The notes under the pieces were generated by a model. That model had not been told where the DNA came from. It searched no databases and worked only from the letters and a program-made list of their open reading frames with translations. A stretch of 64,000 bases of DNA from Syntrophorhabdales bacterium (GTDB lineage Bacteria; Desulfobacterota; Syntrophorhabdia; Syntrophorhabdales; WCHB1-27): assembly GCA_035315185.1 (NCBI GenBank), contig DATFYE010000027.1:4021-68020 (forward strand), given 5' to 3'. Of this stretch, positions 35,801 through 45,140 are shown in pieces. Every line of letters begins with the position of its first letter. Within the stretch, counting starts at the first letter, position 1. Made by a program: the position numbers and the translations under genes.

Positions 35801-36865
35801 CTATTTTATTCTCACTCCAGCCAGCAATTGGCTCACGATGCGATCCAAGGCGTCCTTTTTCTGGTCGGTTTTCGGCGCAGCCTCCTTTTTACTCCAGACT
35901 GATTCGGGTCTCACCTGGAGGATGATGACATTATCGGGAAAATTAAAATCAGCATCGATCCCGAATTCGATATCGTAAGGTTTTCCGTAATAGCTCTCGA
36001 TCAATTTTCCCACGCGGGCAAGCTCTTTCAGCTCCTGCTGCGTAAGGCATGGAACGCATCTCATCTCGGCGGGCACTTCTGTCTGGAGGATGTCGCTCCC
36101 GTTCTCCCTGTAAACGCACTGGGTCTCCTTGCTCCCGATGGTTGTCTTGATAATATCGAGGGTTACTTTGTCGACAAGATAGGTGTCGGGCGTGACCATA
36201 CCACTGACTACGGCCTCTCCAAGCCCGCAACTCGCATCTATGGAGATCTTTGAAGGATCACCGTTGACAGGATTGATGGTGAAGATAATCCCCGACACCC
36301 TGGAATTGACCATCTTAGGAATGCCGACCCCTATGTTAAAGAGGAACGGTATTCCCTTGTTCATACGGTACATGATTGCCTCAGTGTTGTACGCACTGGC
36401 CCAGCATCTCTTGACATAATCAATCAAGTCCTTTTCACCGCGGATGTTGAGGTAGGTCTCCATCTGACCGGGCATGGACACAGCGCCACTGGAGCGAACC
36501 GCTACCGGGCAGACTCCGGTCTTGGTCCTTTCGCAGAGCTTCCTGTAATTGGCCAGGATATCCGCTTCGATGTCGGCAGGTACCTTCGCGTTCTCGATAA
36601 GGCGAATGGCCATCTCACTTGCCTGCTTTGCGCTTTCGTACGTTACCTGCCCCAGCTCGGTCAATTGCTTCTCCAGCTCTGCCTTTATCCCGGTATCGAC
36701 CAGGAATTTCTCATTCGCGTAAATGGTGATGGAGAATCCTGGAGAAACCGGTATCCCCGCTTTGATCATTTCCCCGAGGTTGGCATTCTTTTTTCCGACT
36801 AAAGGGAAGTCGCTGCCGTCCATCTCGTCGTACCACAGAGTGAATATTTTCTCTTTCTCTGTCAT
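35801..36865 (-). CDS. ppsB: PEP-synthase N-terminal (ATP-grasp, PPDK_N) protein, phenylphosphate synthase beta-like
   Basis: About 354 aa from ATG 36865 (RBS GGAGG). FPLVGKKNANLGEMIKAGIPVSPGF motif. Confidence 0.75.
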   Translation of the reverse strand: MTEKEKIFTLWYDEMDGSDFPLVGKKNANLGEMIKAGIPVSPGFSITIYANEKFLVDTGIKAELEKQLTELGQVTYESAKQASEMAIRLIENAKVPADIEADILANYRKLCERTKTGVCPVAVRSSGAVSMPGQMETYLNIRGEKDLIDYVKRCWASAYNTEAIMYRMNKGIPFLFNIGVGIPKMVNSRVSGIIFTINPVNGDPSKISIDASCGLGEAVVSGMVTPDTYLVDKVTLDIIKTTIGSKETQCVYRENGSDILQTEVPAEMRCVPCLTQQELKELARVGKLIESYYGKPYDIEFGIDADFNFPDNVIILQVRPESVWSKKEAAPKTDQKKDALDRIVSQLLAGVRIK

Positions 36866-36899
36866 GCGTTTAGCCTCCACCAGGCGGAACCGGCTTTTC

Positions 36900-36961
36900 T
36901 CTCAACCTCAACCTTAACCTTCGCTGTGGTCTCTTCCTCGACCTGGTCTCTCAACCTCAAC
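36900..36961. repeat. Two copies of the 13-mer TCTCAACCTCAAC in the ppsA-ppsB spacer (third copy at 52132-52144)
   Basis: Exact 13-mers at 36900-36912, 36949-36961 and 52132-52144. The surrounding sequence is made of CTCAAC/CTTAAC words. Confidence 0.65.
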
Positions 36962-36983
36962 GTGAACCTGTTCCTCAGCCGGC

Positions 36984-38825
36984 TCACTTCTTTCTTTCGA
37001 GTATCTGCACCAATCCGGTGTCGCCATTGATCCGGAGCAGGTCACCGGTCTTGATGAGCTGGGTGCCTTTGCCTGTTCCCACAACCGTCGGCAATCCGTA
37101 TTCCCTGCAGACGATGGCTGCATGACACATCGGACCGCCCACGTCAGTGACGGCCCCCGCAATCTTCACGAAGGCAGGCGCCCAGCTTGGCGAAGTGGTA
37201 GTTGCCACCAGTATCTCACCTTCCTTGAGGTCTGCAAGCTGGTCTACGGTCTTCAGAACCCTCGCCCTGCCTTCAACGACACCGGAAGAGCCCGCCGAGC
37301 CTCTAATTTCATTCTGTACCTCTCCTTCTGCGGGACCGGCCAGCCATTTCTGCAGCGATTCGTTGGTGACGCCCCAGAGTACGATCGTGAAGGGCTCTGT
37401 GACGACATCAGGCGGTACACCGAGGGCAGGAGGTGGCGTCCACTGTTTGAACTTCTCATAAACACCTTTTCTCCAGGCAATCTCTTTCGGCCAGTAAGAA
37501 GGTCCTCTGGCCCTGACGCCTGTTGCCCAGGCGGTGACATGGTCCCAGAGCGCCTGCTTGATCTCGTCACGCTTCAGAAACCATATGTCCTCATCGGCAT
37601 TTTCAATGAATCCCGCGTTCTGCAGGATCTGGCCCACCTGGCGGACCTTTGCCCAGAACAAGCTGTGGAACCAGTGTTCAACGTAGAAGTTGTGGTCCTC
37701 AGCGTGAGGAAGCACCAGCCGTGCCACCGCCAGACCCTGATCGAAGGCCTCCCTGTCTGCGTCGGTCTTGATCAGTTTCCTGTACTCGTCGGCAATCCTG
37801 TCCCGCTCCTTCAGGAGCTTCGCGGTAGGTCTCCCCAACTCCTTGCCAGCTTTGAGGGCCTTGATGTTCGTCCTGATGTTGTCGAAAGGCACGTCAAGAT
37901 TGTCGTTCCAACTGATATGAGTGTGGTACCAGCCGGTTCCCGTGGAGATATGGAACCAGGGGTATCGCGCCTTCTCCAGTTCCTTGAGCCACTCTTTTCC
38001 CACCGGATGCTTTGCCAGTTCCCTCATCAATTCATCGGCCTTCAAGGGTTTTAAAACGATATCCTCAACACCGACCTCGATGGCGAGTTTCGCAAGCCTG
38101 ATCAGCTCCGCGTCAGGTTTGAAAAGGATCGGGTCAAAGCCCGCCGACATCTTGACGAGGGTAGATATCGGCACATCCGGGAAAATCTGATTGGCCGTGC
38201 CGAAGAAGGTCACCTGGGCAGCGTAGCACAGGTTGAGGAATTCAAAATGGTACTGCCAGCACAAGAGACCCAGATCGATGAGTTCATCATACTTTCTCAA
38301 GAGCTCATAGCCGCTCCCCTTTCCGATTCCTTCTTTGATGACGCTTATATCCTCCATCTCGGGCAAATCGGTGAAAGTCATCGCTTCGAGTTTGTTGATG
38401 GTGGCGGTCATCTTCTTCTTCCAGTTTTCGTAGAGCCGGTCCCAGTTCTGGAAATAGTACCCGGCACGCTCCATGAAGAGCGGTACCCGCCGCCCCACTT
38501 CCTCCGGGTCCGGAACGCCCACCGGGCTGATGTAAACATACCCGTTCACGATCCTGTGATCGATACCGAGGGCAGGCGGAATAATGTAGTGACGGGTGTT
38601 GTACTGCGACAGCGCCAAAGACCAAGCTTCATCCCATATGAGATCGAAAGGATAGTGAGGCTCAGGATAGTGCAGGCCATCATAGAACCATATCTGGCTG
38701 CTCTCAAATTTCGCCCTTTCCGGGTCCTCCTTGGAAAAGATATACTGATACGGGTAGAGTTTTTCCCAACCTTCAGTACCGGGAATTTTGGGAACATCGT
38801 GTGGATCCATAAACGTTTTTGCCAT
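36984..38825 (-). CDS. ppsA: Phenylphosphate synthase alpha-like (PEP-utilising enzyme with C-terminal mobile His domain)
   Basis: About 613 aa from ATG 38825 (RBS GGAGGAGG). C-terminal GAVTDVGGPMCHAAIVCREYGLPTVVG. Confidence 0.78.
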   Translation of the reverse strand: MAKTFMDPHDVPKIPGTEGWEKLYPYQYIFSKEDPERAKFESSQIWFYDGLHYPEPHYPFDLIWDEAWSLALSQYNTRHYIIPPALGIDHRIVNGYVYISPVGVPDPEEVGRRVPLFMERAGYYFQNWDRLYENWKKKMTATINKLEAMTFTDLPEMEDISVIKEGIGKGSGYELLRKYDELIDLGLLCWQYHFEFLNLCYAAQVTFFGTANQIFPDVPISTLVKMSAGFDPILFKPDAELIRLAKLAIEVGVEDIVLKPLKADELMRELAKHPVGKEWLKELEKARYPWFHISTGTGWYHTHISWNDNLDVPFDNIRTNIKALKAGKELGRPTAKLLKERDRIADEYRKLIKTDADREAFDQGLAVARLVLPHAEDHNFYVEHWFHSLFWAKVRQVGQILQNAGFIENADEDIWFLKRDEIKQALWDHVTAWATGVRARGPSYWPKEIAWRKGVYEKFKQWTPPPALGVPPDVVTEPFTIVLWGVTNESLQKWLAGPAEGEVQNEIRGSAGSSGVVEGRARVLKTVDQLADLKEGEILVATTTSPSWAPAFVKIAGAVTDVGGPMCHAAIVCREYGLPTVVGTGKGTQLIKTGDLLRINGDTGLVQILERKK

Positions 38826-38857
38826 AAATTCCTCCTCCCCTTTTTTTGTGAAGCTAT

Positions 38858-39505
38858 TTAGAGCCTGAACCATTTCGGTTCATCGAATCGTTCGGTACAG
38901 CGCAGTATGCGGCTCGCATAGTTCATGACATAGGTGCCCTTCAGCTTCAGGTTGAGTTTTCTGAACTCCTCGTTATTCAGGAGGCGACCAATGTCAACTG
39001 GATCCTTGAAAGTGAACTCGCTGATGATTTCACTTATGCCCCCCAGGACGACGTTCCAACCCCCTGTCACTTCCATATAGTCAATTGTTTCTATGGTAGG
39101 AAGGTATTCTTTGACAATAAAGTCCGCATACTCTTTTTTCACGCCCGGCTTCAAGTCGTAGTACTGATTCAATTTCCATACACCCTTCTGAATTGTGTAT
39201 GTACCCCGCTTCACCCTGCCGGTCGGCTCGAGGACAGCAGTCCTGTAATTGTAAATGGTCGATTTAAGCCTGAGGGAGAGCTGTTTGAACCGGTCAGTGG
39301 CGATAACGCGAGAGAGCAGCTCCAGATCGTTTGCCAAGCTGACTCCGATCACTCTTGGGCCAAAACCGACCTCAACGTAATAGCCGCCGACGTGGGTAAG
39401 CCCCAAGGCAGTCGTCTCCGGCAGAAACGTCCCGCCGATAAAATCAGCGTATTCATCTTCTTTCCCCTGGATGATATCCCAAGCCATGGTAAACAGAACA
39501 GGCAT
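38858..39505 (-). CDS. 24-kDa protein made of two tandem ~105-aa homologous domains, unknown family; first gene of the pps operon
   Basis: Internal repeat: KEDEYADFIGGTFLPE...RFKQLSLRLKSTIYNY versus KKEYADFIVKEYLPT...EFRKLNLKLKGTYVMNY. Confidence 0.55.
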   Translation of the reverse strand: MPVLFTMAWDIIQGKEDEYADFIGGTFLPETTALGLTHVGGYYVEVGFGPRVIGVSLANDLELLSRVIATDRFKQLSLRLKSTIYNYRTAVLEPTGRVKRGTYTIQKGVWKLNQYYDLKPGVKKEYADFIVKEYLPTIETIDYMEVTGGWNVVLGGISEIISEFTFKDPVDIGRLLNNEEFRKLNLKLKGTYVMNYASRILRCTERFDEPKWFRL

Positions 39506-39658
39506 ACAAACCTCCTTCCCTCATCATAAAACTCTTGACACTATCCCATCTTGTTTTGCTTCGCCGGGAGCTCTTTTCCACTCTGCCCGAAAGCAGTTTT
39601 CCGCATTGTTGGACTTGGTCGGGCTGGAACCTATGCAAAGATAGGAACATTACTTGCA

Positions 39659-39686
39659 ATTGTATCCTGCGTGGTAAATATGTCAA
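39659..39686 (-). promoter_or_regulatory. Sigma-70 promoter for the pps operon (paralog of 31819-31846)
   Basis: The minus strand reads TTGACA (39686-81)-N16-TACAAT (39664-59). Confidence 0.55.
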
Positions 39687-39837
39687 CTAAATTATTTTTA
39701 TATGATATAAGAAAAACTTATGATGTATAGTTATAGCGGTGTAGCTTTTGGAGAAACAGTTGAGTCACTAAATTATAATCTGCTAAACTGCGTCATGTCC
39801 TTTGAAAGCCAGGCTCAAGGCAAGCGAGAAATGGGTA

Positions 39838-41070
39838 ATGACTATTAATCTCCGTCCTTATCTTGAAGTCTACCGAAGCCGACGCATCGGTATGATGCTG
39901 ATTCTCGGATTTTCCTCGGGCTTGCCCCTGGCCCTTACAGGCGGCACGCTGCAAGCATGGATGACGATGGTTGGCGTAGACCTCCGCACTATCGGCGTCT
40001 TCTCTCTCGTAGCTCTTCCGTACACGCTTAAGTTCCTCTGGTCCCCATTGATGGATCGCTATGTGCCTCCGTGGCTCGGTAGACGCCGAGGGTGGATGAT
40101 CTCTACGCAGGTTGTTCTTTTCTTAGCTATTTTTGCCATGGCATTCGGTTCTCCCCGGCATGCATTGGGGGTTGTAGCACTCCTGGCGTTTTTTGTAGCG
40201 TTCGCATCCGCGTCTCAGGACATTGTGATTGATGCGTATCGCACGGATCTGCTCCAGGAAGCAGAGCGGGGCGCGGGAACAGCGGTCTATGTCACGGGCT
40301 ACCGGATCGCCATGCTTGTCTCCGGGGCAGGGGCTCTCATCCTGTCTGATCGCATCGGTTGGCGAAACACCTACCTGTTGATGGCCTTTGTAATGGTCAT
40401 CGGTATAATCGGCGCGCTTTTCGGCCCGGAGCCTGACATCCAGGCAAAGCCACCGAAAACTTTGCGAGAGGCCGTGTGGGGGCCGCTCAAAGACTTTTTC
40501 TCACGTCACGGCGCGCTCTCCATCCTTTTTTTCATCGTGCTTTACAAATTAGGAGATGCCTACGCCGGTTCCCTGACAACGGCGTTTCTGATCAGGGGTG
40601 CCGGGTTTTCACCCACTGATGTCGGCACGGTAAACAAAGGCTTGGGGCTCATATCCGTGATTGTCGGTGCAACTATCGGTGGATCGCTCATGGTGCGGCT
40701 TGGGCTCTTCAGATCACTTCTCTACTTCGGTATTCTTCAGGCGGTTTCCAACCTTTCGTTCATGGTGCTGGCCTGGGTGGGAAAGAGCTACCCGGTGATG
40801 ATTTTTGCCGTGGCTTTTGAAAATTTTGCCGGAGGCATGGGGACCTCGGCCTTTGTGGCCTTTCTCATGGGTCTCTGCAATCATCGATATAGCGCAACGC
40901 AATTTGCTTTACTCTCATCGCTCGCGGTGCTTGGACGAGTCCTCATTTCGCCGACCTCGGGCTACATGGTTGAATCGCTGGGGTGGGCAAACTTTTTCTT
41001 ACTCACCGCATTGACGGCGCTGCCTGGCCTCGCGCTCCTCTACTGGCTCAGGAAGGATATTTCGAATTAA
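39838..41070 (+). CDS. ampG: AmpG-family MFS muropeptide permease
   Basis: About 410 aa from ATG 39838. ILGFSSGLPLALTGGTLQAWM...PYTLKFLWSPLMDRY is typical of AmpG. Confidence 0.78.
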   Translation: MTINLRPYLEVYRSRRIGMMLILGFSSGLPLALTGGTLQAWMTMVGVDLRTIGVFSLVALPYTLKFLWSPLMDRYVPPWLGRRRGWMISTQVVLFLAIFAMAFGSPRHALGVVALLAFFVAFASASQDIVIDAYRTDLLQEAERGAGTAVYVTGYRIAMLVSGAGALILSDRIGWRNTYLLMAFVMVIGIIGALFGPEPDIQAKPPKTLREAVWGPLKDFFSRHGALSILFFIVLYKLGDAYAGSLTTAFLIRGAGFSPTDVGTVNKGLGLISVIVGATIGGSLMVRLGLFRSLLYFGILQAVSNLSFMVLAWVGKSYPVMIFAVAFENFAGGMGTSAFVAFLMGLCNHRYSATQFALLSSLAVLGRVLISPTSGYMVESLGWANFFLLTALTALPGLALLYWLRKDISN

Positions 41071-41230
41071 TTGTGGGCGTGCTCGTACCCTTATTGCATC
41101 ACTTCAGAAATGGTAGCCGATCCTCACCAGGAAAAGATCGGTATCGTGCGTACATTCCAATACCAGCGTGGAGAGTCTGGCTACCATCCCTCCGCTACGC
41201 GACGGCAACAAAGATGCGACCCGATTAGGT

Positions 41231-41569
41231 TCAGCTCCCTGCCATCTCCTGTTTCTTCTTTTCGTACGCTTCTATACCGGCCTGGACCGCGTTTGTGATA
41301 AGCCGTTTTTTCTCCTCTACGAGACCTTTCCCGTTTTCCAGCGTTGAGGTGACCGCCTCTTTGATCTGCTCGTAATAATCGTCGGCCTTCTTCCTTGCAT
41401 CCCCTGCAAGGCCCCTGATCTGCTCCCGGGTTTCACTGCCGGTCATTGGAGCAACCAGCAGCGCGATGCCAGCACCAATCAATCCGCCCAGAAAGAACGA
41501 AGATACCACCGAACCCACTCCACTCGATCCTTCACGTTCCATCTCAATCCTCCTTATTTTGCCCGCCAC
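41231..41569 (-). CDS. YtxH-domain stress protein
   Basis: 112 aa. GLIGAGIALLVAPMTGSETREQIRG motif. Confidence 0.7.
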   Translation of the reverse strand: MAGKIRRIEMEREGSSGVGSVVSSFFLGGLIGAGIALLVAPMTGSETREQIRGLAGDARKKADDYYEQIKEAVTSTLENGKGLVEEKKRLITNAVQAGIEAYEKKKQEMAGS

Positions 41570-41661
41570 CGCAAGGCAGTCAGCCTCGTGCCGTTTGGCG
41601 CGCTGCGTTTGTCCCGGGACTGTTCATGGGTTAGAGCATATGGGCACCGGTCCCTGCCGCG

Positions 41662-42237
41662 TCAATGCCTCTCGTATTCTTCGTGTCCTCTGCCCCGTTC
41701 CTCGCCGCCTCTTCCTTCAGGACCTTCCCGTCTCTCTTGCTCGTGTGTCACACCTCTTTCTTCCCTGCCCCGTTCTTCGGGTCTCGCATGCCAGCCTTCG
41801 TGCCACGCTTTGTCTCTATCCCAGTATCGATTGCGGTCCCATCCTGCCCAGTTTTTCTTCAGCTCCCCATAGGGTACCCTCCGGTATCCCGGGGGGACGT
41901 TGCGATAGTCGGGTGGCAGCTGCAAAAGCGGCCGAGGGAGCCTTTCGGGAGGAAGATATCCCCATGGACCATTATACGATTGAGCCCTGAACCAATGACC
42001 TTCATGGAGACGGTACCAGGAGCCCTGATAGAAGAAAATATCCACGGCAATACCCGGAACCACGTAGACGTAGGTTCCTGGTATGACAACGACCGGAGGA
42101 GGAGCCGCGATCCGATACACGGGCGGCGGACCTATGCGGATATCTACACTGACCTGCGCATCGCTTTCGGCAAACATTCCCATGACCAGCAGAAAAAAAG
42201 CCCCGAATAAACCCACATGCAATCGTTTCGCACCCAT
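41662..42237 (-). CDS. Secreted Pro/Trp/Arg-rich protein, unknown function
   Basis: Start at MGAKRLHV (RBS AGGAGG). Signal peptide. The C-terminus is an Arg/Glu-rich low-complexity tail. Confidence 0.5.
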   Translation of the reverse strand: MGAKRLHVGLFGAFFLLVMGMFAESDAQVSVDIRIGPPPVYRIAAPPPVVVIPGTYVYVVPGIAVDIFFYQGSWYRLHEGHWFRAQSYNGPWGYLPPERLPRPLLQLPPDYRNVPPGYRRVPYGELKKNWAGWDRNRYWDRDKAWHEGWHARPEERGREERGVTHEQERREGPEGRGGEERGRGHEEYERH

Positions 42238-42462
42238 AAGACATCCTCCTTTGTAGCGCACTTGCTGTTTCTCCTTACTGCTCTAAGTTAATCACTCGTG
42301 AGCCTCGCTTCAAGGCAAGCGGGAGTCTCTAAGACGTGCGTTGCTCAACAAACTTGGCATATAGTCGGCACCACCCGCAAGGACAGAACCTGAAAGGGTC
42401 ACAAATAGAAGAGGACAGAGTGAGCACGACAAACCGAACAGGCTAAAATGTTCGGCGCAGAC

Positions 42463-43212
42463 CTAGGTCACCGGTCTCACTGGTCTGAGCACAACAATGC
42501 CTGGTTTACCGGCTACATACGCTCTGAAATCCTGATCGACTACTCTTCTCTGGGATTGAAGAGAAGACGCATGGCGGAAGTGCGTTGTTCCCATTCCTTT
42601 GACCACAATCCCGACGTGCGACACGTCAAGTCCTCTCGTCCCCGAGTATATGCCGATGTAGTCGCCCGTTTTGAGGCGCCGAATGACGTTACCGTCGATC
42701 GCTTTGCTCGGAATGTAACTGACGTCCCGTTCCGCTGGACTTATCCCGGTAAGAAGGCATGATCCATCTCCCCGGTCGTTGATTCTCTTGTGCACCGTTC
42801 TAAAGTTTTTGCCTCCGACCTCTGCAGTGACATCTTTGATCAAGGAGTCTTTGTCTATCCAGTCTGTGAAGAAATGACGTCTGTACGTGTAGGCCACCTT
42901 GCCTGAGCGGTACCTGACCCTTTTCAATGTTTTCTTGAACTCGGAAAATGACCTGGAAAGACGCATTGCCTCAACGTGGTCGAGAAGGGTGAAACAGTCT
43001 ACGCCCTCCAGATTTATGGTGAATGCCTCGGGTGTATCCGGACCGCCGATCAAGGTTGATTCTTCATATGGGGTCCCGAGGAATTGCCTCGAAAGAAACT
43101 CGATGCGCCGGCCTGTCTGTTTGATCGCGCTGGCACTCCTGAGCACCTCGTCCAAGTTTTGCTCGGTCCATCGGCCAAGCAGGATATTTTCTCTCTCTGT
43201 ACGCGAACGCAT
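42463..43212 (-). CDS. DUF1460 (N-acetylmuramoyl-L-alanine amidase-like) protein
   Basis: 249 aa. FLGTPYEESTLIGG...GVDCFTLLDHVEAMRLS motif. Confidence 0.6.
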   Translation of the reverse strand: MRSRTERENILLGRWTEQNLDEVLRSASAIKQTGRRIEFLSRQFLGTPYEESTLIGGPDTPEAFTINLEGVDCFTLLDHVEAMRLSRSFSEFKKTLKRVRYRSGKVAYTYRRHFFTDWIDKDSLIKDVTAEVGGKNFRTVHKRINDRGDGSCLLTGISPAERDVSYIPSKAIDGNVIRRLKTGDYIGIYSGTRGLDVSHVGIVVKGMGTTHFRHASSLQSQRRVVDQDFRAYVAGKPGIVVLRPVRPVT

Positions 43213-43313
43213 TGCGTGCCCGGAATGAGCTTATAGTATAACATGCCTGGTGCGCTTCTCGATGCTGAATGTATTTTGTTGCACCGGCAGGATAATTGTG
43301 AGAAAAAGAGATA

Positions 43314-44270
43314 ATGCACCGAACCATTGATATCCACACTCACGGTATTGGGGGGTTCGATACAAGGAGCAACTCTGTCGATGATATCCTCCGTATCGCT
43401 GAAATCCACGGCTCATGCGGTGTTGCAGGGATAGTGCTTTCCATATATTCCGGACCTATTGATGTTATGCGACAACACATGGAAGTGGTGAGCAGAGCGA
43501 TAGAGAGGCAGGGTCAAAGTCGACTTATTGTACGACCGGGGACCGAGGACCGACGACCGAATTCAGAATCCACTGGCTCAGCCGGTCACCCGTCACCGGT
43601 CACCCGTCACGAGCCGAGGGCAGCCCGCATTCTCGGCATTCACCTTGAGGGACCATTTCTCAATCCTTTGCAATGTGGTGCGCTCGATCCTGCATCGTTC
43701 GTCAGCCCACGAGAGAGCATCCTTGATGAGCTCTTGGAAGGGTTTGGGCCAATCGTTAAGGTGATCACGGTTGCCCCGGAGAGGGAAGGGGTTGTGAGCG
43801 TCATCAAGAAAGCGGTCGAGAAAAGTATCGTGGTCAGCATGGGCCATTCGGATGCGACGTACGCTGAAGCAGAAGCGGGGTTCCGAGCAGGTGCGCGCGC
43901 CATCACACACCTATTTAACGCCATGCGCGGTTTTCACCACAGAGAACCGGGGCTTGCAGGTTTCGGACTGTTGAACAAAGAGGTTTATGTGGAGGTAATA
44001 GCCGATCCTTTCCACCTTCACCCGAAAACAATCGAGCTTATTTTTAAGACAAAGGAGCCTGAAAGGATCATTCTTATTTCCGATTCAGTAAAGGAAACAA
44101 AAACCGCAGCAAGCGATAAGGGCATCGCCAGTGCCTGCGGAACATTGCAGGGCGGTAGCTTGGCCTTACCTGACGGTTGTCAGCGCCTCGCGGCCATAGG
44201 CTTCGACGAGACGATCATCGCCAACGCATCCACGACTAATCCGCGGCGTTACCTTGGCATTCGCGGTTGA
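43314..44270 (+). CDS. NagA-like amidohydrolase (N-acetylglucosamine-6-phosphate deacetylase family) carrying a repeat-encoded insertion
   Basis: IDIHTHG, ILGIHLEGPFLNP, MGHSDATYAEA, THLFNAM and LISDS motifs. A ~35-aa low-complexity insert precedes the HLEGPF motif. Confidence 0.7.
   Translation: MHRTIDIHTHGIGGFDTRSNSVDDILRIAEIHGSCGVAGIVLSIYSGPIDVMRQHMEVVSRAIERQGQSRLIVRPGTEDRRPNSESTGSAGHPSPVTRHEPRAARILGIHLEGPFLNPLQCGALDPASFVSPRESILDELLEGFGPIVKVITVAPEREGVVSVIKKAVEKSIVVSMGHSDATYAEAEAGFRAGARAITHLFNAMRGFHHREPGLAGFGLLNKEVYVEVIADPFHLHPKTIELIFKTKEPERIILISDSVKETKTAASDKGIASACGTLQGGSLALPDGCQRLAAIGFDETIIANASTTNPRRYLGIRG
43538..43609 (+). repeat. Heptamer arrays inside the NagA-like coding sequence
   Basis: GGGGACC GAGGACC GACGACC GAATTCA GAATCCA CTGGCTC ag CCGGTCA CCCGTCA CCGGTCA CCCGTCA. 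Translated in frame this gives ...PGTEDRRPNSESTGSAGHPSPVTRH... Confidence 0.65.
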
Positions 44271-44355
44271 CCGAAACAGAGTTCTGCTGGTTACCTGCCT
44301 GCCGTGCGTCGGGCCGCGACCTTCTGCCCTCGGTTGAAGAGTTGAGCTGTTTTCA

Positions 44356-44383
44356 TGACCCGTGACCCTTGCCCCGTGACCCG
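44356..44383. repeat. Heptamer array (4 units) between convergent genes
   Basis: TGACCCG TGACCCT TGCCCCG TGACCCG. Confidence 0.6.
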
Positions 44384-44396
44384 GCCTTTCCGGTTT

Positions 44397-45044
44397 TCAC
44401 CAGAGGCTCGTCACTATATCGATTAGTTCCGGGAAGGTGTCCATCGTGAAGTCAGCTTTATCTGCGAAGCCTGGCGAACCGTAGCCGTACGTGGCCGCCA
44501 CGGTCTTCACGCCCGCACCCCGTCCTGCCTCGATATCGTAAGCGGTGTCGCCCACCATTAAGGTCTCATCAGCTGGAACACCAAGTTTGGAAATCACGGA
44601 CAGTATCGCCTGCGGACTCGGTTTTTTTTCAGGGCCTGAATCTCCACCGACCACAAGATCAAAGTAGTGCAGCAGCCTGAGCTGTTTGAGTGTCTTCATA
44701 GTGAAGACTTCAAGCTTGTTCGACACGACCGCTTTCTTAAAGTCTTTCAGTCTTTGAAGGGTGTCTTCCACCCCGGGATATGGCGCGGAATAGACGGCTA
44801 TATGCTCCAGGTAGTACTCCCTGAAATGTTTGCGAATGGTGGCGGGGTCGACACCTAGCTCTTTCCACTCGTCAAACTTTTTCATGATGAGTACCATGCC
44901 TTCGCCCAGCATAGCCTCGATCTCGGGGCGGGAGACAGGCGGAACCCCATGCAGGCCTATTGCATAGTTGAAGGCATTGGCGATGTCCGCAGCAGAGTCG
45001 ACGAGCGTGCCGTCAAGATCCAAAAGTATAAGCTGGAGAGACAC
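44397..45044 (-). CDS. HAD phosphatase (phosphoglycolate phosphatase-like)
   Basis: ILLDLDGTLVDS motif I and GDTAYDIEAG motif. The start is uncertain (GTG 45044, or upstream as far as 45101). Confidence 0.7.
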   Translation of the reverse strand: MSLQLILLDLDGTLVDSAADIANAFNYAIGLHGVPPVSRPEIEAMLGEGMVLIMKKFDEWKELGVDPATIRKHFREYYLEHIAVYSAPYPGVEDTLQRLKDFKKAVVSNKLEVFTMKTLKQLRLLHYFDLVVGGDSGPEKKPSPQAILSVISKLGVPADETLMVGDTAYDIEAGRGAGVKTVAATYGYGSPGFADKADFTMDTFPELIDIVTSLW

Positions 45045-45140
45045 GCAATAATGTAATGGAAATCTCCTGAATGCGCAACTGGGTCCCTGGAAGCGGCTCA
45101 ACTCCTTGCCCGGTTACGGCCGGCATGTTGATTTGGCGGC

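Noticed and set aside
37712-37726. Sigma-54-like match (TGGCACGGCTGGTGC, minus strand) inside ppsA
   Set aside because: It lies in the middle of a well-supported coding sequence, the -12 element is GTGC rather than TTGC, and no gene start follows.
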